Source: a virus
IMG/VR virus record: IMGVR_UViG_3300009709_000021
Span: 38,183-102,182 of that record
Direction: 5' to 3' (one strand)
DNA length: 64,000 nucleotides
Below, in pieces: positions 17,591 through 28,454 of this stretch; the stretch's first letter is position 1; each line of letters opens with the position of its first letter. A program made the translations under genes and the position numbers. The notes under the pieces are model-generated. The model did not search any database, was not told where the DNA came from, and was given only the letters and a program-made list of their open reading frames with translations.

Positions 17591-20299
17591 TTAAATTTGA
17601 TTGACAATAAAATTATCAATATAATACGTAATAACTGGTAAATTTTGTTGATCCATAACAATTGCAAGGTGACTAGCCCACTGAGGAGCACCGGGGCTAA
17701 CATCACCTGAAATAACCGAGGAATCAGTAGTATAAAGTGTATTTATCCCTCTATTAATCCAGGTAGTTGACCCTGCTAACGGAACAGTAATATCAGTTTC
17801 CCCTTTAAACATAGTTTGAGTATCGAAGATAGGTCTGTTAAATGAATCATAAGCAAGAACTTTTACCCAAAATAATCGATAGTATAAAGTAGCAGTCCCA
17901 GTTCCAACATTGTTAGGGAATAAGAAATTAATTTGACCAAGCATGTCATGTCCAGGTTGAACTGGGACTATGAAAACTAACTGGCCATTCTGACCACTTC
18001 CAACAAGTCGACTAACGCTTAGAGAAGATATACCACTTTGTGCATATGAAGTGCTAACTGCCAATGTATAATAGTTTGAATTCCATTGGCTTAAAGCTGA
18101 GCTTGTATACATACCACCGGCTAAATTAATTCCTGAGGTATCTGCTCCGTAGAGTATGGTAGAGGTTGCAGGCTCAAACGTACCTGATCCTGCCAACACA
18201 TCCATCGCCAAACTATTAGAAAGTAAAGTAGGACCAATATTGGCATTACCTTTATTACGCCAATTACTAAATCGCAACATTCCAGGACCCGAAGCAGCAA
18301 TGCCGGCTATACTGCTTAAATTATAAACTTCAGTTCCTTCAAACAAGAAACTACACATTGCGCTGGCAAGATTGATGGGAGGTTCAGCAGCCGAACTCGT
18401 TGCTCCAGCACCGAGGAACATACCTCCAAACATTGAGATACGGCCACTATTTACACATTGGAATAATGGATAGCCAGCAGTCGACGGTACATTCATTTCT
18501 GCGTGTACTCCGTAGAGTTCGACACGACCGGCGTTGTTAACTATAGCTTGGGTGTTATAATCTATGGCTGTACCATAGAAAGTAAACTCTGCGCCACCTA
18601 CATTGCTAAGTCCGATAGTATTATTATAAATACCGCCGCCGTAAAATCGAAAATTTTCACCGCTATTAATACCGGTAGTATAGTTAATTCCAGTCCCGTT
18701 ACTATATATTTCTAAACCAGAAAGTTGGGCTAGATAGGCACCATCTTGGAAGTTAATGCCGGTTCCAAATCCATGAATTGCGCTTCTATCAAATCGTAGA
18801 ATATTACCATCAAGATTTGTAAACGATTTAAATAAAATACCATTAACTCCGACAGTAGATCCTGGCCCAATAATTTCTATGCCTTCCACGGGTTCGTGAA
18901 TAGGATAGTGTTCAACTGTACCATCTCTGGTTGCGATAACAGCGCTATTAGGCAACCACGGAGAAATATTAAAAGATGATATGCTGAAATTAACATATCC
19001 TCCCCCCGTGAAAGTTAACCATGAAGTAGTATTAGTAGTAACAATAAAATCCAGTTCAATAGTTTGACTAACGGTTCCTGTGAGAACTCCTGACATGCCG
19101 GTTAAACTGACTGTATTCCCTGTAAAATTTGGGCCGTAGCCGGGACTATTTTGGAAGAAAGCGATTTGTCCATACGCAGGAGTAGGATTTCCCAATACAT
19201 AAGAAGCTCCTAGAGTTGCTGTAGCAGTGAGAATTGCTTTGTATTTTCCAGGTGTAAGCGTTACTTGTGTACCAAACTGGCAAAAATGACCGCCAGAAGT
19301 ATTCATAGCTTCTGCAGCAACGGTTGTTCCTCCCCATCCAGCTAAATTATAAGTCCCATTACCACCAGTACCCGTCCCAAGGCTAGTAATAGTTACTCCC
19401 GTCGGAACTCCAGTACCGTACAATGTTTGACCAACAGCTAGTGCAGTTGTTCCTGAAAAACCAGTTACAGTGAGAACACCCGCACTAGATACCGCTCCTG
19501 AAAAACTATTATAGATGTTAGGATCAGTGTATGTTGCTGTTCCACCCCCGAAAGTCGTCAGAGTGATTTGAGTAGGCGTCCAAATGCTTGAATTAGCCCA
19601 ACCCGCCGATGTCGCAAAATTATAGTTAGGGACATAACTTACTGTAGTTGTCTGAGCAACCATGGCAGAAAAATCCCAAATAGCGCCTTGCGCTTCTACC
19701 CAACTTTGCCCAGACACAACAGTGAGAGGGGTCTGGGAAGCAACATTGCTGTTACACATAATGTAATGCAATTGAGGCGTATAAATTCCCCCGCCTGCAT
19801 TCAATGCTGCTTGCCATGCGAGGTAATCCATCTCCTGGGTAAGACTAGTTGCAAATGGATATACTGCTTGTAAAGCAGCTAGACTTGAGAACGTATTACT
19901 AGCAGGATTACTGGACCCATTTCCAATGGCACCAAAATCTAAAGGGCTTGAAAAATCTCGTAATTTACTTCCTATTGTACGAGTCGTTCCACCAGTATTT
20001 GGATTAGTAAATCCTCCAAAAATATTCAAAATCCAATTTGCGATTGTAGTTAAGGTAGTTTGGAGAATACCTGATCCACGACTAACAGTAGCGAACTCTG
20101 CCCCATTCAAAGCTCCAGCATTGATATTCGTTGCATTAGCAATTTGAGCAGTGGGATTATTTATCCCTGTAGAGAGTTGCGTAACGGTGCCTTGAACTAA
20201 AGTCCCATTCTGATCTAAAGTTACAGTATCAGTAGAGTTAACTGTAGAAGCTGAGTTCTGGTTAGAAGGATTTAGAAGATCAAAAATAGAGGCTGTCAT
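17591..20299 (-). CDS. tailspike / receptor-binding protein with beta-helix
   Basis: RTIGSKLRDFSSPLDFGAIGNG neck, beta-helix-like core, C-terminal carbohydrate-binding-like region. Confidence 0.8.
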   Translation of the reverse strand: MTASIFDLLNPSNQNSASTVNSTDTVTLDQNGTLVQGTVTQLSTGINNPTAQIANATNINAGALNGAEFATVSRGSGILQTTLTTIANWILNIFGGFTNPNTGGTTRTIGSKLRDFSSPLDFGAIGNGSSNPASNTFSSLAALQAVYPFATSLTQEMDYLAWQAALNAGGGIYTPQLHYIMCNSNVASQTPLTVVSGQSWVEAQGAIWDFSAMVAQTTTVSYVPNYNFATSAGWANSSIWTPTQITLTTFGGGTATYTDPNIYNSFSGAVSSAGVLTVTGFSGTTALAVGQTLYGTGVPTGVTITSLGTGTGGNGTYNLAGWGGTTVAAEAMNTSGGHFCQFGTQVTLTPGKYKAILTATATLGASYVLGNPTPAYGQIAFFQNSPGYGPNFTGNTVSLTGMSGVLTGTVSQTIELDFIVTTNTTSWLTFTGGGYVNFSISSFNISPWLPNSAVIATRDGTVEHYPIHEPVEGIEIIGPGSTVGVNGILFKSFTNLDGNILRFDRSAIHGFGTGINFQDGAYLAQLSGLEIYSNGTGINYTTGINSGENFRFYGGGIYNNTIGLSNVGGAEFTFYGTAIDYNTQAIVNNAGRVELYGVHAEMNVPSTAGYPLFQCVNSGRISMFGGMFLGAGATSSAAEPPINLASAMCSFLFEGTEVYNLSSIAGIAASGPGMLRFSNWRNKGNANIGPTLLSNSLAMDVLAGSGTFEPATSTILYGADTSGINLAGGMYTSSALSQWNSNYYTLAVSTSYAQSGISSLSVSRLVGSGQNGQLVFIVPVQPGHDMLGQINFLFPNNVGTGTATLYYRLFWVKVLAYDSFNRPIFDTQTMFKGETDITVPLAGSTTWINRGINTLYTTDSSVISGDVSPGAPQWASHLAIVMDQQNLPVITYYIDNFIVNQI

Positions 20300-20321
20300 T
20301 CTGGAGTAGTCGTTGTGCTTT

Positions 20322-20329
20322 TATTTTAG
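20322..20329 (-). promoter_or_regulatory. candidate late promoter CTAAAATA
   Basis: One of several [C/G]TAAAATA copies upstream of - strand structural genes. Confidence 0.45.
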
Positions 20330-20335
20330 CTAAAG

Positions 20336-20362
20336 AAAAAGCCAGGTAACCACCTGGCTTTT
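20336..20362 (-). terminator. intrinsic terminator
   Basis: AAAAAGCCAGG-TAACCA-CCTGGCTTTT. Confidence 0.75.
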
Positions 20363-20381
20363 GTAAATTCTGTTAAGGCGA

Positions 20382-21986
20382 TTATACTGAGCCTACGGCT
20401 AGAATAATCCAACCAAGATACCCATGAGAGGCATTGCGCCTCCAACCAACTGTTACATAAGTAAGATCTGATGAAAGAGTTGCAAGAGTAGCTGAACCAT
20501 TATTAATAATTATAGTATTACTACCATTGACTGCTCCATTGGTTATAAACGTATAAGTTAGTCCGTTAAACAAATTAGCACCAGTTGACGGAAGAGTTAC
20601 AGTACAAGGAGCAGTCAATGCTGTATTAAATACTTGAGTATTGTTTGCTCCTAATGTAATAGCCAATGAAGTAATATTACCATTATCTTGCGAAATGTGG
20701 CCATTGAGGAAATTCTTAATGGATAGTATTTCACAGGTGGTACTGCTTCCCGTATTAGTTAATTGCCAATTGGCGTTTCCATCGTTGATGTATGTATTCA
20801 CAGTAATAAAGCCTACCGCACCTTGGAATACGTATACATTTCCAGATCCGACTGTTGTTGCAGTAAGACTTAGAAAGTCTATACTTAAACTGCCGGTGTT
20901 ACCTCCAGCATTAGTTTCAAATAATACAAAGCTACCAGACGCAGGATTAAATACACCAGTTGTACCATAACAGATAAATTGATTTATCCTTATGTTTGTA
21001 CCACCGTCAAAAACAAATAAATTACCGGCTACATTGTAAGTGTAAACCTCCATTTTCATAGTATTAATAGAGATATCACTTCCTGATTGAACCAACATTA
21101 ATTGACAATTGGTCGGAGATAGGAATTCTAAGCAATCAATATTGGCATTAACACCCTTGATATTATTGAAAGCTGGGCCAACCATATTATTGCAAGCAAT
21201 CTGCATACGTCCTATAACCCAGTTTGGACCGGCGTCAACTGTGCCAGTCCAATCCATCATTGAACCATACGTAGCGGCTGTACAGTCGATTTCATCCCAT
21301 TTGGTATTTTGCGGTGCGGGTTGTCCACTTAGAACTTTGAATCCTGTGTATCCTTCCCAACGAAGATGATGGAAGCTACAAAAATAATAACTAGATTGTA
21401 AGTAAATAGCATACGCAGAGGTATTTGACGTACCTTGAGCATTTGCGTAATGCAAATACATGTTTGCAATTTCAATAAATACACACGCTGCTGAGCCAGT
21501 ACCACCCATACTAAAAATGGGCACATTATTTGTTATTTGTTGAATTGTAGTACTATTTTTACCAGCTCCAATAACGCTATAACTGCCACCTTGAGGGAAA
21601 TTTAAGGAAGAACTTATAATGTAAGTGCCTTCTGGGATATACCCTCGTTTGCTATTTGTAACAATATAAGTAACAAATGCTTGCAAAGCAGCAGTATCGT
21701 CTGTAGTACCATTACCAGTTGCACCAAAGTCTTTAGCACTGACTGTATCCTGAAATCTTCCTTGAACTGTTCTATTTACAGCTCCTGTTCCATTTTGAAG
21801 AAATCCTTGGAAAGTTTGCATAATCCAAGTTGCTGCTGTAGAAAGAGTAGTTTGTAAAAATCCTGACCCACGACTGACAGGGACTATCTCGGAACCAGTT
21901 AAAGTTCCTGCACTACTATTCGATCCATTCGAAGCGCTCGCAACTCCAGGTAATGCTTGGGCAACTTGTTGTAAGTCTATTGACAT
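20382..21986 (-). CDS. tailspike with pectate-lyase-3-like beta-helix
   Basis: RTVQGRFQDTVSAKDFGATGNGTTDDTAALQA, YIPEGTYIIS. Confidence 0.85.
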   Translation of the reverse strand: MSIDLQQVAQALPGVASASNGSNSSAGTLTGSEIVPVSRGSGFLQTTLSTAATWIMQTFQGFLQNGTGAVNRTVQGRFQDTVSAKDFGATGNGTTDDTAALQAFVTYIVTNSKRGYIPEGTYIISSSLNFPQGGSYSVIGAGKNSTTIQQITNNVPIFSMGGTGSAACVFIEIANMYLHYANAQGTSNTSAYAIYLQSSYYFCSFHHLRWEGYTGFKVLSGQPAPQNTKWDEIDCTAATYGSMMDWTGTVDAGPNWVIGRMQIACNNMVGPAFNNIKGVNANIDCLEFLSPTNCQLMLVQSGSDISINTMKMEVYTYNVAGNLFVFDGGTNIRINQFICYGTTGVFNPASGSFVLFETNAGGNTGSLSIDFLSLTATTVGSGNVYVFQGAVGFITVNTYINDGNANWQLTNTGSSTTCEILSIKNFLNGHISQDNGNITSLAITLGANNTQVFNTALTAPCTVTLPSTGANLFNGLTYTFITNGAVNGSNTIIINNGSATLATLSSDLTYVTVGWRRNASHGYLGWIILAVGSV

Positions 21987-21999
21987 ATTCTATAGTTAA

Positions 22000-22443
22000 T
22001 TAAGAAACCAGTTTTTGACGCTCTTTTAAAACATCTGAACAAGCATTGGGATCGAATCTCCAGGGTTCTTCAAAACCAAGACTCTCAAGGACAGATTCAG
22101 AACAAAACCAAAGATTTGTCGGGAAGCCTTTAATCGGTCTAACAATAAATCCTAAAATCCCTAGCCAATCATACCCACTCCCAAGTCGAGCATCAAACCA
22201 AGCCTCTACTGAAGCTTCGTTCCCAGGACTTTCAACAATGTCCCAAGTATCTGCAGGCAATACCATTTGAGTTTTCCGTATTCCTGTTCCGGGCACAGAA
22301 CTAACAACCGTATATAATTGTGTTTGCTCATCATAAGAAAGAATTGCTTCTACATGAGCGTACACGCCGCTTTCCCACCATCCAATAAGCTTATCAAAAA
22401 TTGATGCGGTAGGGCTATTTGCTTTTTTAAATGCGAATTTCAT
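22000..22443 (-). CDS. permuted papain-like (NlpC/P60, YiiX/YebB-type) protein
   Basis: His in YAHVE precedes G.GYDWLG and Cys in WFCSE. Confidence 0.75.
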   Translation of the reverse strand: MKFAFKKANSPTASIFDKLIGWWESGVYAHVEAILSYDEQTQLYTVVSSVPGTGIRKTQMVLPADTWDIVESPGNEASVEAWFDARLGSGYDWLGILGFIVRPIKGFPTNLWFCSESVLESLGFEEPWRFDPNACSDVLKERQKLVS

Positions 22444-22444
22444 A

Positions 22445-25264
22445 TCAATGGGTCATCTCAAATAAAATTGAACCTTGGGGAGGAGAACTAGTGTTATCCG
22501 CACTAAATGCAATGTTGAATCCATGCCAATACTGCATTAATGTTAGTTTTGTCAAACTGTCTGCACCTACGCTTCCGTACGTTCCACTGAAATCTACAAC
22601 TCGAACTCCGGTTGTTGTCAAGTCTATTACTTGTGAAGGCGGGGCAGGATTAATACTTCCTTTTACTTCTCCAGTAGGACGACTGATCGTCATAGTTCCT
22701 GTACCTGCTGAAGAAACTTCAACAATGATTTTTGTCAAGTTACCTAGTATAAGTCCTTGGTAAGCGCCTGTGCCAGTGAAATCACGTAGAAACACAAAAG
22801 GAACTCTAACAGTATTATTTGTACGAGTTGGACTCTCTAAATAGTATTGGTCTGCAATAACGCCGTTATAAATATCCAAAGAACCTGCCGCTACCGCTCC
22901 CGTTGGAGTGGCATTATATTGAACTTGGCTGCCCTTAATAACAGGGTTCCTTACACTAATAGAGCGGACAATATTAGCGGTAAAAACTTCGCCTACTTGT
23001 GGAATACCTGATGTACCAGAAATTGGTAATCCAGAATTTGACCATTGTCCAGCAATAACGGTATTGCCGGTGCCAGAGTCATAATAGATATCAGAAATAC
23101 GGATCTGGGTCGCCGTCGTTGTACTAACAAGAACCGCTCCAGAGTCTAACCCGCGTATAGTGGTATCATTTAATCCAGCATTTGTTAGAGCAACTTCAAT
23201 TGTATTGGCAGCTTGATTAGCGCTTAATACAGTAACTGATTGCTGTCCTCCACCAATCATAAAAGCAATTGCTCGACTCACTTGAACAACACTAGTACTA
23301 TCTGGTTGGGTAGTCCAAGCAGCAGTCAAAGTTCCCGTTCGAGTAGATCCTACATAACTACCAGTGGTAGTACTGATTTGACGATATTGACCTACTCCAG
23401 TCCCGGAATAAATATATACAGAGTACCCGCACAAAGCGTTATTAACGGTACTTGCATTTGTAGGCAAAATAATTTGCGATGTTGTCGCCCCCGTTTGTGC
23501 TGGACATTGGCCAATAATTTCATTGGGATCAATTACGTCAATCAATGGATCATTAATAGAAATACTATCCATCGGCGTTGAAGCACCAAATTCAATAAAC
23601 GATGAAATTCGAGGAAATGTTGTCACGTCTCCGCATTGGAATTTGCAATTATCCGCTTGGAATCGGCGTGGGCCTAAATTAGGAATTGGAGTTACAATTT
23701 TACAATTTTTCAAATAAATAAAATTTGTGCCGGGCCCATTATTAATATCACCAATTTCACAATTTTCAAAAACAACGGTATCAAGATTTTTATCAACTTC
23801 AACAAAATTTATATAACTGTTATAAACTTTAACAGTTTGGCATGTTGTAGGATCAAAAATACCTTCTACTCGACAGTTACTAATTGTTACGTTTAAGCAA
23901 CCATTAGTTCCCAAATAACCCTGCAGTGATTGCAAAGGATCTGTAGCGTAATAGGTGCTTGGACCAAAAATAATATTCTCTAACTTTAGGTCTTCAGTTA
24001 TATTAAAGTACGGCCTATTAAGTGGTAAAATACGAGCCGCTCCAACAGCACTTGCCGGAGAATTATTTTGGATATCCAACCAATCTTGACGATACTTGTT
24101 GAGTAAAGGTTTTTCAAGAGTAAGAACTCCGGTACTAGTGTTAACCGCAGTAACCCGAATATACTCAAAATATCTACACGCTGATGGGTAACCAGAAGAT
24201 CCTTGGTTATATCCATAAATAAAGGCATAACCACCTACCGTAAAATTAGATGCGTTAGCAGTAGTTAAAAGAGTAACTGAAGTTGAAAATTTAGGTACCG
24301 TTGCGATAGTATACCCTGGATTAAATACGCCATTTTGTAAACCAATTGTAGAATTATCATAAAAAATATCAAAATTGGTTATACTTGTAAAATCTTCGTT
24401 AGTATTACCGCTAGTATTTATGTTTATAAATTGAGTAGCAGGGCCGCCAACCCAGCGAGAGTTACGAATACCCTGCATAAAATACGGGTTTTGGTAAGAT
24501 ATGATTCCGTTCGGCAAAAATATTTCGTATTCTTGATTAGGATTATTTCTGGCATATGAATTAAATGCCATTAATGCCGAGGTATTGTCAATAGAAGGGT
24601 TATTGACTAATCCAAACCAAGCAAGATTAATAGGATTTGTAATGACTCTAAGCCAACGACCCGCAGAACTAGCATAGGAATAACTAGCAGTAATTGCTAC
24701 TCCGCTAGCGGGGGCAGTTGAGAATGTGATTGTCCATGCTCCAGTAGCATAGTTAATATTCCCGGATATACCGCCTGAGCCTTGCATGGGACCCGCACCA
24801 CCGATATTCCCCGAGTCAGAAGCTGACTGGCTACTGGCAGCAATTGAAAAAGTTTTTGGAATTACCGAAGTATGAGCCAACGTACCCGAAAAAGTTGTCG
24901 TAGAACCGTCTCCGGTTCCGATGGATGCGGAGCTAACAGTCGAGACATTAGCGGTAGGAACAAATGTCATACCGAAGTCATGAGTAGCTGTGCTTGCAGA
25001 ATTCCATATGAAAAGGCCACCACCTCCATCCCCAGATGTTGTGTAATTAGCAACCAAAATTTGTTGGTTGTTTGTAACACTATTTGTAGCTATTGCTCTC
25101 ATCGCTGAGATATTGGTAACTTGAACAATAGTGGTCGAACTGGTCAAAGAATTCAATATCGCGCCAACACTTTGCCCGTTCCAACCAATAAGACTAGCAC
25201 CGGCTGAAGAGTTATTTTGCTGGTCAGCGCCATCAAGTGGCAGTAAATCAAAGAGTGAGGTCAT
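22445..25264 (-). CDS. tailspike / receptor-binding protein
   Basis: GASLIG anchor, GDGGGGLF, G.GDGSTTTFSG Ig-like domain, beta-helix core. Confidence 0.8.
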   Translation of the reverse strand: MTSLFDLLPLDGADQQNNSSAGASLIGWNGQSVGAILNSLTSSTTIVQVTNISAMRAIATNSVTNNQQILVANYTTSGDGGGGLFIWNSASTATHDFGMTFVPTANVSTVSSASIGTGDGSTTTFSGTLAHTSVIPKTFSIAASSQSASDSGNIGGAGPMQGSGGISGNINYATGAWTITFSTAPASGVAITASYSYASSAGRWLRVITNPINLAWFGLVNNPSIDNTSALMAFNSYARNNPNQEYEIFLPNGIISYQNPYFMQGIRNSRWVGGPATQFININTSGNTNEDFTSITNFDIFYDNSTIGLQNGVFNPGYTIATVPKFSTSVTLLTTANASNFTVGGYAFIYGYNQGSSGYPSACRYFEYIRVTAVNTSTGVLTLEKPLLNKYRQDWLDIQNNSPASAVGAARILPLNRPYFNITEDLKLENIIFGPSTYYATDPLQSLQGYLGTNGCLNVTISNCRVEGIFDPTTCQTVKVYNSYINFVEVDKNLDTVVFENCEIGDINNGPGTNFIYLKNCKIVTPIPNLGPRRFQADNCKFQCGDVTTFPRISSFIEFGASTPMDSISINDPLIDVIDPNEIIGQCPAQTGATTSQIILPTNASTVNNALCGYSVYIYSGTGVGQYRQISTTTGSYVGSTRTGTLTAAWTTQPDSTSVVQVSRAIAFMIGGGQQSVTVLSANQAANTIEVALTNAGLNDTTIRGLDSGAVLVSTTTATQIRISDIYYDSGTGNTVIAGQWSNSGLPISGTSGIPQVGEVFTANIVRSISVRNPVIKGSQVQYNATPTGAVAAGSLDIYNGVIADQYYLESPTRTNNTVRVPFVFLRDFTGTGAYQGLILGNLTKIIVEVSSAGTGTMTISRPTGEVKGSINPAPPSQVIDLTTTGVRVVDFSGTYGSVGADSLTKLTLMQYWHGFNIAFSADNTSSPPQGSILFEMTH

Positions 25265-25298
25265 AGGTAGAGAGTAGCTGTCTATGCTAGTTTAAACG

Positions 25299-25324
25299 AA
25301 AAAGCCCGGTTTTAGCCGGGCTTT
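25299..25324 (-). terminator. intrinsic terminator
   Basis: AAAAAGCCCGG-TTTTAG-CCGGGCTTT. Confidence 0.75.
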
Positions 25325-25344
25325 CTTATAGCTTAATAGAGAAC

Positions 25345-25980
25345 TTAAGCGAGTTGTTCAACTACAACTGAAACTGAATAGGCGGGAGATCCAGCAGCAC
25401 TTGCAACAGTTGTCGAGTAATCAACAACTTGGCCAGCAGCCGAATAGAACGTAACGACTTGAGAAAGTTCCGTACCCAAAGTAGCGAGACTACAAGTTGC
25501 GGTCGTTTGCGTGTTAGCAGCCGAACCGTTATTACTGATGATTGATGCATCAACCGTGCCGGCGGAGCCAGCCGCTGTGGTAATCAAAGTTACTGTTGCA
25601 CGGTACGTACCAGCCACAGGTGCAGTGAACAGAGGCGTCGATGCGACAGAAGCCGTTTGAGCAGTCAAAGATGCGCTGCCAGCCAGAGTCGAACCGGCTG
25701 AGCTACCTGCCATAACATTCCAATTATGGCCATCGCTAAAAAGAACAGCTTGACTATATTTAGAACCTAAAACCAGAGTTGCAACACCATCAATAGTTTG
25801 TGAACTAACAGTGTTAATTGTAACGGCAGCCGTGCTTTGATTCTTGAGGACCGTTGAAAGTCCAGGGGTCAGGGTTGCATCCCCTAGCGTATAAGACTGA
25901 GCGGTTGAACCGGTGAAGACAATATACTTGCCTTGGGTATTGGACCACTCAGTTTCTACGAAACCTGAAGTGATTGACAT
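25345..25980 (-). CDS. virion structural / fibre-associated protein
   Basis: T/A/S-rich; QTIDG...L.SDG.NW motif of fibre domains; strong SD AAGGA. Confidence 0.7.
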   Translation of the reverse strand: MSITSGFVETEWSNTQGKYIVFTGSTAQSYTLGDATLTPGLSTVLKNQSTAAVTINTVSSQTIDGVATLVLGSKYSQAVLFSDGHNWNVMAGSSAGSTLAGSASLTAQTASVASTPLFTAPVAGTYRATVTLITTAAGSAGTVDASIISNNGSAANTQTTATCSLATLGTELSQVVTFYSAAGQVVDYSTTVASAAGSPAYSVSVVVEQLA

Positions 25981-26034
25981 ATTATTCCTTTACGTAAATT
26001 TTTCTATAGAAAGCGGAAGACCGCTTCGATTATT

Positions 26035-26223
26035 TTAGCTTGATTGAGCAGGAGGTACCCAATCCTCGGGTACGGCTAATTGGTAATTCCCATTCGTATC
26101 AACATACCAACCCCAGAGTAATTCAGTGGTGCCATCTGGGTTGACAGCAAGAAAGAGTTGGTTAGATGCTGCATTAGCCTCATCTTCTGTTGCATAGTTA
26201 TATGGGGGTTGTGGCAGAGTCAT
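26035..26223 (-). CDS. small hypothetical protein
   Basis: 62 aa; stop/start overlap with the upstream gene. Confidence 0.6.
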   Translation of the reverse strand: MTLPQPPYNYATEDEANAASNQLFLAVNPDGTTELLWGWYVDTNGNYQLAVPEDWVPPAQSS

Positions 26224-27143
26224 TAATTTACCTCGATTGTGTCATAAGATACGTTCCAACGAACAGTATCGGTTGTTGTGCTAGTCACAGTTGCTTTTAA
26301 CGCACCATTAGTTGTATCCGCCGCGAACGCGACTGTCCATCCGGTAGCTCCAGAGGTCGCATATTGCTGAGTAACACTTGGAGATCCAGCGATGCTAGTA
26401 GCTGCTGCATTTGCGCCACGTATAACAAGCAAGTCTGCATACCAGGCTGCTGCATCAGTATTATTTGTTGTATCTCTTGCAACTACACGAGCATGCACAT
26501 AGAATGCTGAATTGTTTCTCAGTGTAAGTTGGTTGGCGGTTGCCCCAGAGTTACCGTCGGCAGTTGCAACGGTTGCAGCCGTCGTGGTTGTAGAAGCATA
26601 AGCTTGAGTAAAACTATGCTGATAACGACCCGATGATGGACTATCATGACCAAACGTTACTTGACCAGCGATACTATTTGTAGTTGCAGAATTGCCGAGT
26701 GCCGATGAAGCAATACCTGAAGCTGTAGAGCCATTGCCACCCAACACAGCCGAATAGTTGGCAGATGCGTTCGCTGCGGTTCCCAGCGCCACAGCCTGCA
26801 GCCCCGAAGCTGTGTTACCATAGCCCATGGAGACGGCTGCAACGCCGGATGCTGTGCAAGTCAGTCCAGCTACAACCGAATTAGCAGCGCTTGCTACTTG
26901 AGTGGCACTTGTTCTTTGGGAAGGACCTTGTAAATCTATTGCGTTTGCGCCACGCTTATTTCCTCCAACTGTAGTGCCATCCGGCACGCTAAGTTGAAAT
27001 GCCCCGGTGCCAGAAGGAACTACGGATACATCAACGTTTGCGCCAACTAAAGAGCCTAATACTCCTAAAACAGGAACAGTAGCGTTTACGCCGGTCCTGT
27101 AAGAAATTTCATAACTAGCTTTTGGTGGAATTGGAAGCATCAT
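26223..27143 (-). CDS. fibre/adhesin protein with YadA-head-like repeats, paralog of 16613-17575
   Basis: Shared NATVPV, PDGTT.GGNKRG, DGNSGAT.NQL.LR, TTDTV.W blocks. Confidence 0.75.
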   Translation of the reverse strand: MMLPIPPKASYEISYRTGVNATVPVLGVLGSLVGANVDVSVVPSGTGAFQLSVPDGTTVGGNKRGANAIDLQGPSQRTSATQVASAANSVVAGLTCTASGVAAVSMGYGNTASGLQAVALGTAANASANYSAVLGGNGSTASGIASSALGNSATTNSIAGQVTFGHDSPSSGRYQHSFTQAYASTTTTAATVATADGNSGATANQLTLRNNSAFYVHARVVARDTTNNTDAAAWYADLLVIRGANAAATSIAGSPSVTQQYATSGATGWTVAFAADTTNGALKATVTSTTTDTVRWNVSYDTIEVN

Positions 27144-27144
27144 A

Positions 27145-28404
27145 TTAGTTCCCTGCGTACGAAACGAAATCAGCCGCTGTGCCGTTGATGTATACTTGGC
27201 TTAAATTGGAAGAAGCTATAGAAATTGCTTCTCCAGGAGCAAGGGGGTATCCATTGCCAGTACCTGTACTTACGTTTGTCACACCAGAACCACCTACAAG
27301 AATAGTAGCGGCATTGGCGGTGTTTGCCTTAATAACAATTCCATTTACTAAAGCACCTGACCCAAGAGCTAATGCAGTACCAGTCGTCGCAATTGAAACT
27401 TGACCAGTCACTGGGGCAGCAAGAGGAGTTGTCACTGCTTGGGTGGTGGGGAAATTAGTAACGTGAGCAAGCGAACCTCCATCACCGTTTAATGCAGGTT
27501 GGTTTGCCGATGTTGCTGCGCCTGTTGGAAGGGGCAATGCAGTTGCACTAATGGGCTGAGTTGCGGGGTAAAACGTTCCAGAGACAGGAACTGTGCCTGA
27601 TACTGAAACTGTTCCAGAGACGGGTTGGGTTGCTTGATAAAATGTTCCGGAGACAGGAACTGTACCGGATACTGAAACTGTTCCCCCAATAGTGAGGGTT
27701 CCTGTGATTGCTTTATAAATACCTGAGAGCCAACCCCTAATACCGGAACCGCCCGTTGGTTGAGTAATCCCAGTTCCATCGACACCAGTCCCTGATGCTT
27801 GAATAGTGCCTGAGGGGGTGTAGGTAGCTCCTGTGGTTACATTGGCATAAGTAATGGCAGAGCCCGTATCCCGAGCGACGAATAATGTGCCTGTAGTGTC
27901 TGTTAAAAGAACATCTGAAAGAGACGATCCACTACCCCCACCTCCTCCTGTTACTGGGAGGGGATTGGCAGCAGTTACGATTACTTGAGCACCTTGTGAA
28001 TTTTGATAAGAAATTAATGAAGTAGTATTTAAATCGGATGCAACATCATTTTTTACATTGACATGATCAACTGATGCTGTTCCTGTTGCAAATGCCGTGA
28101 ACGATCCTGACGTAATACTAACTAATCTAGCTCGTATTTGTTCTGCACCGCCGGCACTAACGTTATAAACACCTTCGGTTGTAACTGTTGTACTACCTGC
28201 GGTATTCGCTGCCGAGTAAGCCTTTTTAGCGACCCAGTTAATACCATCAGATGTATATTCAAAAATTACCGTGGCACCTACTGGAGTACCTTGTAGAGAA
28301 AAATTAATTGATCCCAATGATGCTACAGAGACTGCAACTGAATCATTTGGCTGTTGTAAAATGTAACTATTAGTTACAAATGGAATGGGGGAATAAGTTG
28401 TCAT
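27145..28404 (-). CDS. virion structural/fibre protein with internal repeats
   Basis: G/T-rich; GTVSVSGTVPVSGTFY repeated. Confidence 0.7.
   Translation of the reverse strand: MTTYSPIPFVTNSYILQQPNDSVAVSVASLGSINFSLQGTPVGATVIFEYTSDGINWVAKKAYSAANTAGSTTVTTEGVYNVSAGGAEQIRARLVSITSGSFTAFATGTASVDHVNVKNDVASDLNTTSLISYQNSQGAQVIVTAANPLPVTGGGGGSGSSLSDVLLTDTTGTLFVARDTGSAITYANVTTGATYTPSGTIQASGTGVDGTGITQPTGGSGIRGWLSGIYKAITGTLTIGGTVSVSGTVPVSGTFYQATQPVSGTVSVSGTVPVSGTFYPATQPISATALPLPTGAATSANQPALNGDGGSLAHVTNFPTTQAVTTPLAAPVTGQVSIATTGTALALGSGALVNGIVIKANTANAATILVGGSGVTNVSTGTGNGYPLAPGEAISIASSNLSQVYINGTAADFVSYAGN
27569..27684. repeat. imperfect 47-bp direct repeat (69-bp period) within CDS
   Basis: 27569-27615 and 27638-27684. 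Confidence 0.8.
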
Positions 28405-28454
28405 TTTATCCGATAACTTTAGATAAAGTTATTTTAGTCCTCAGTTTGGCTGTA

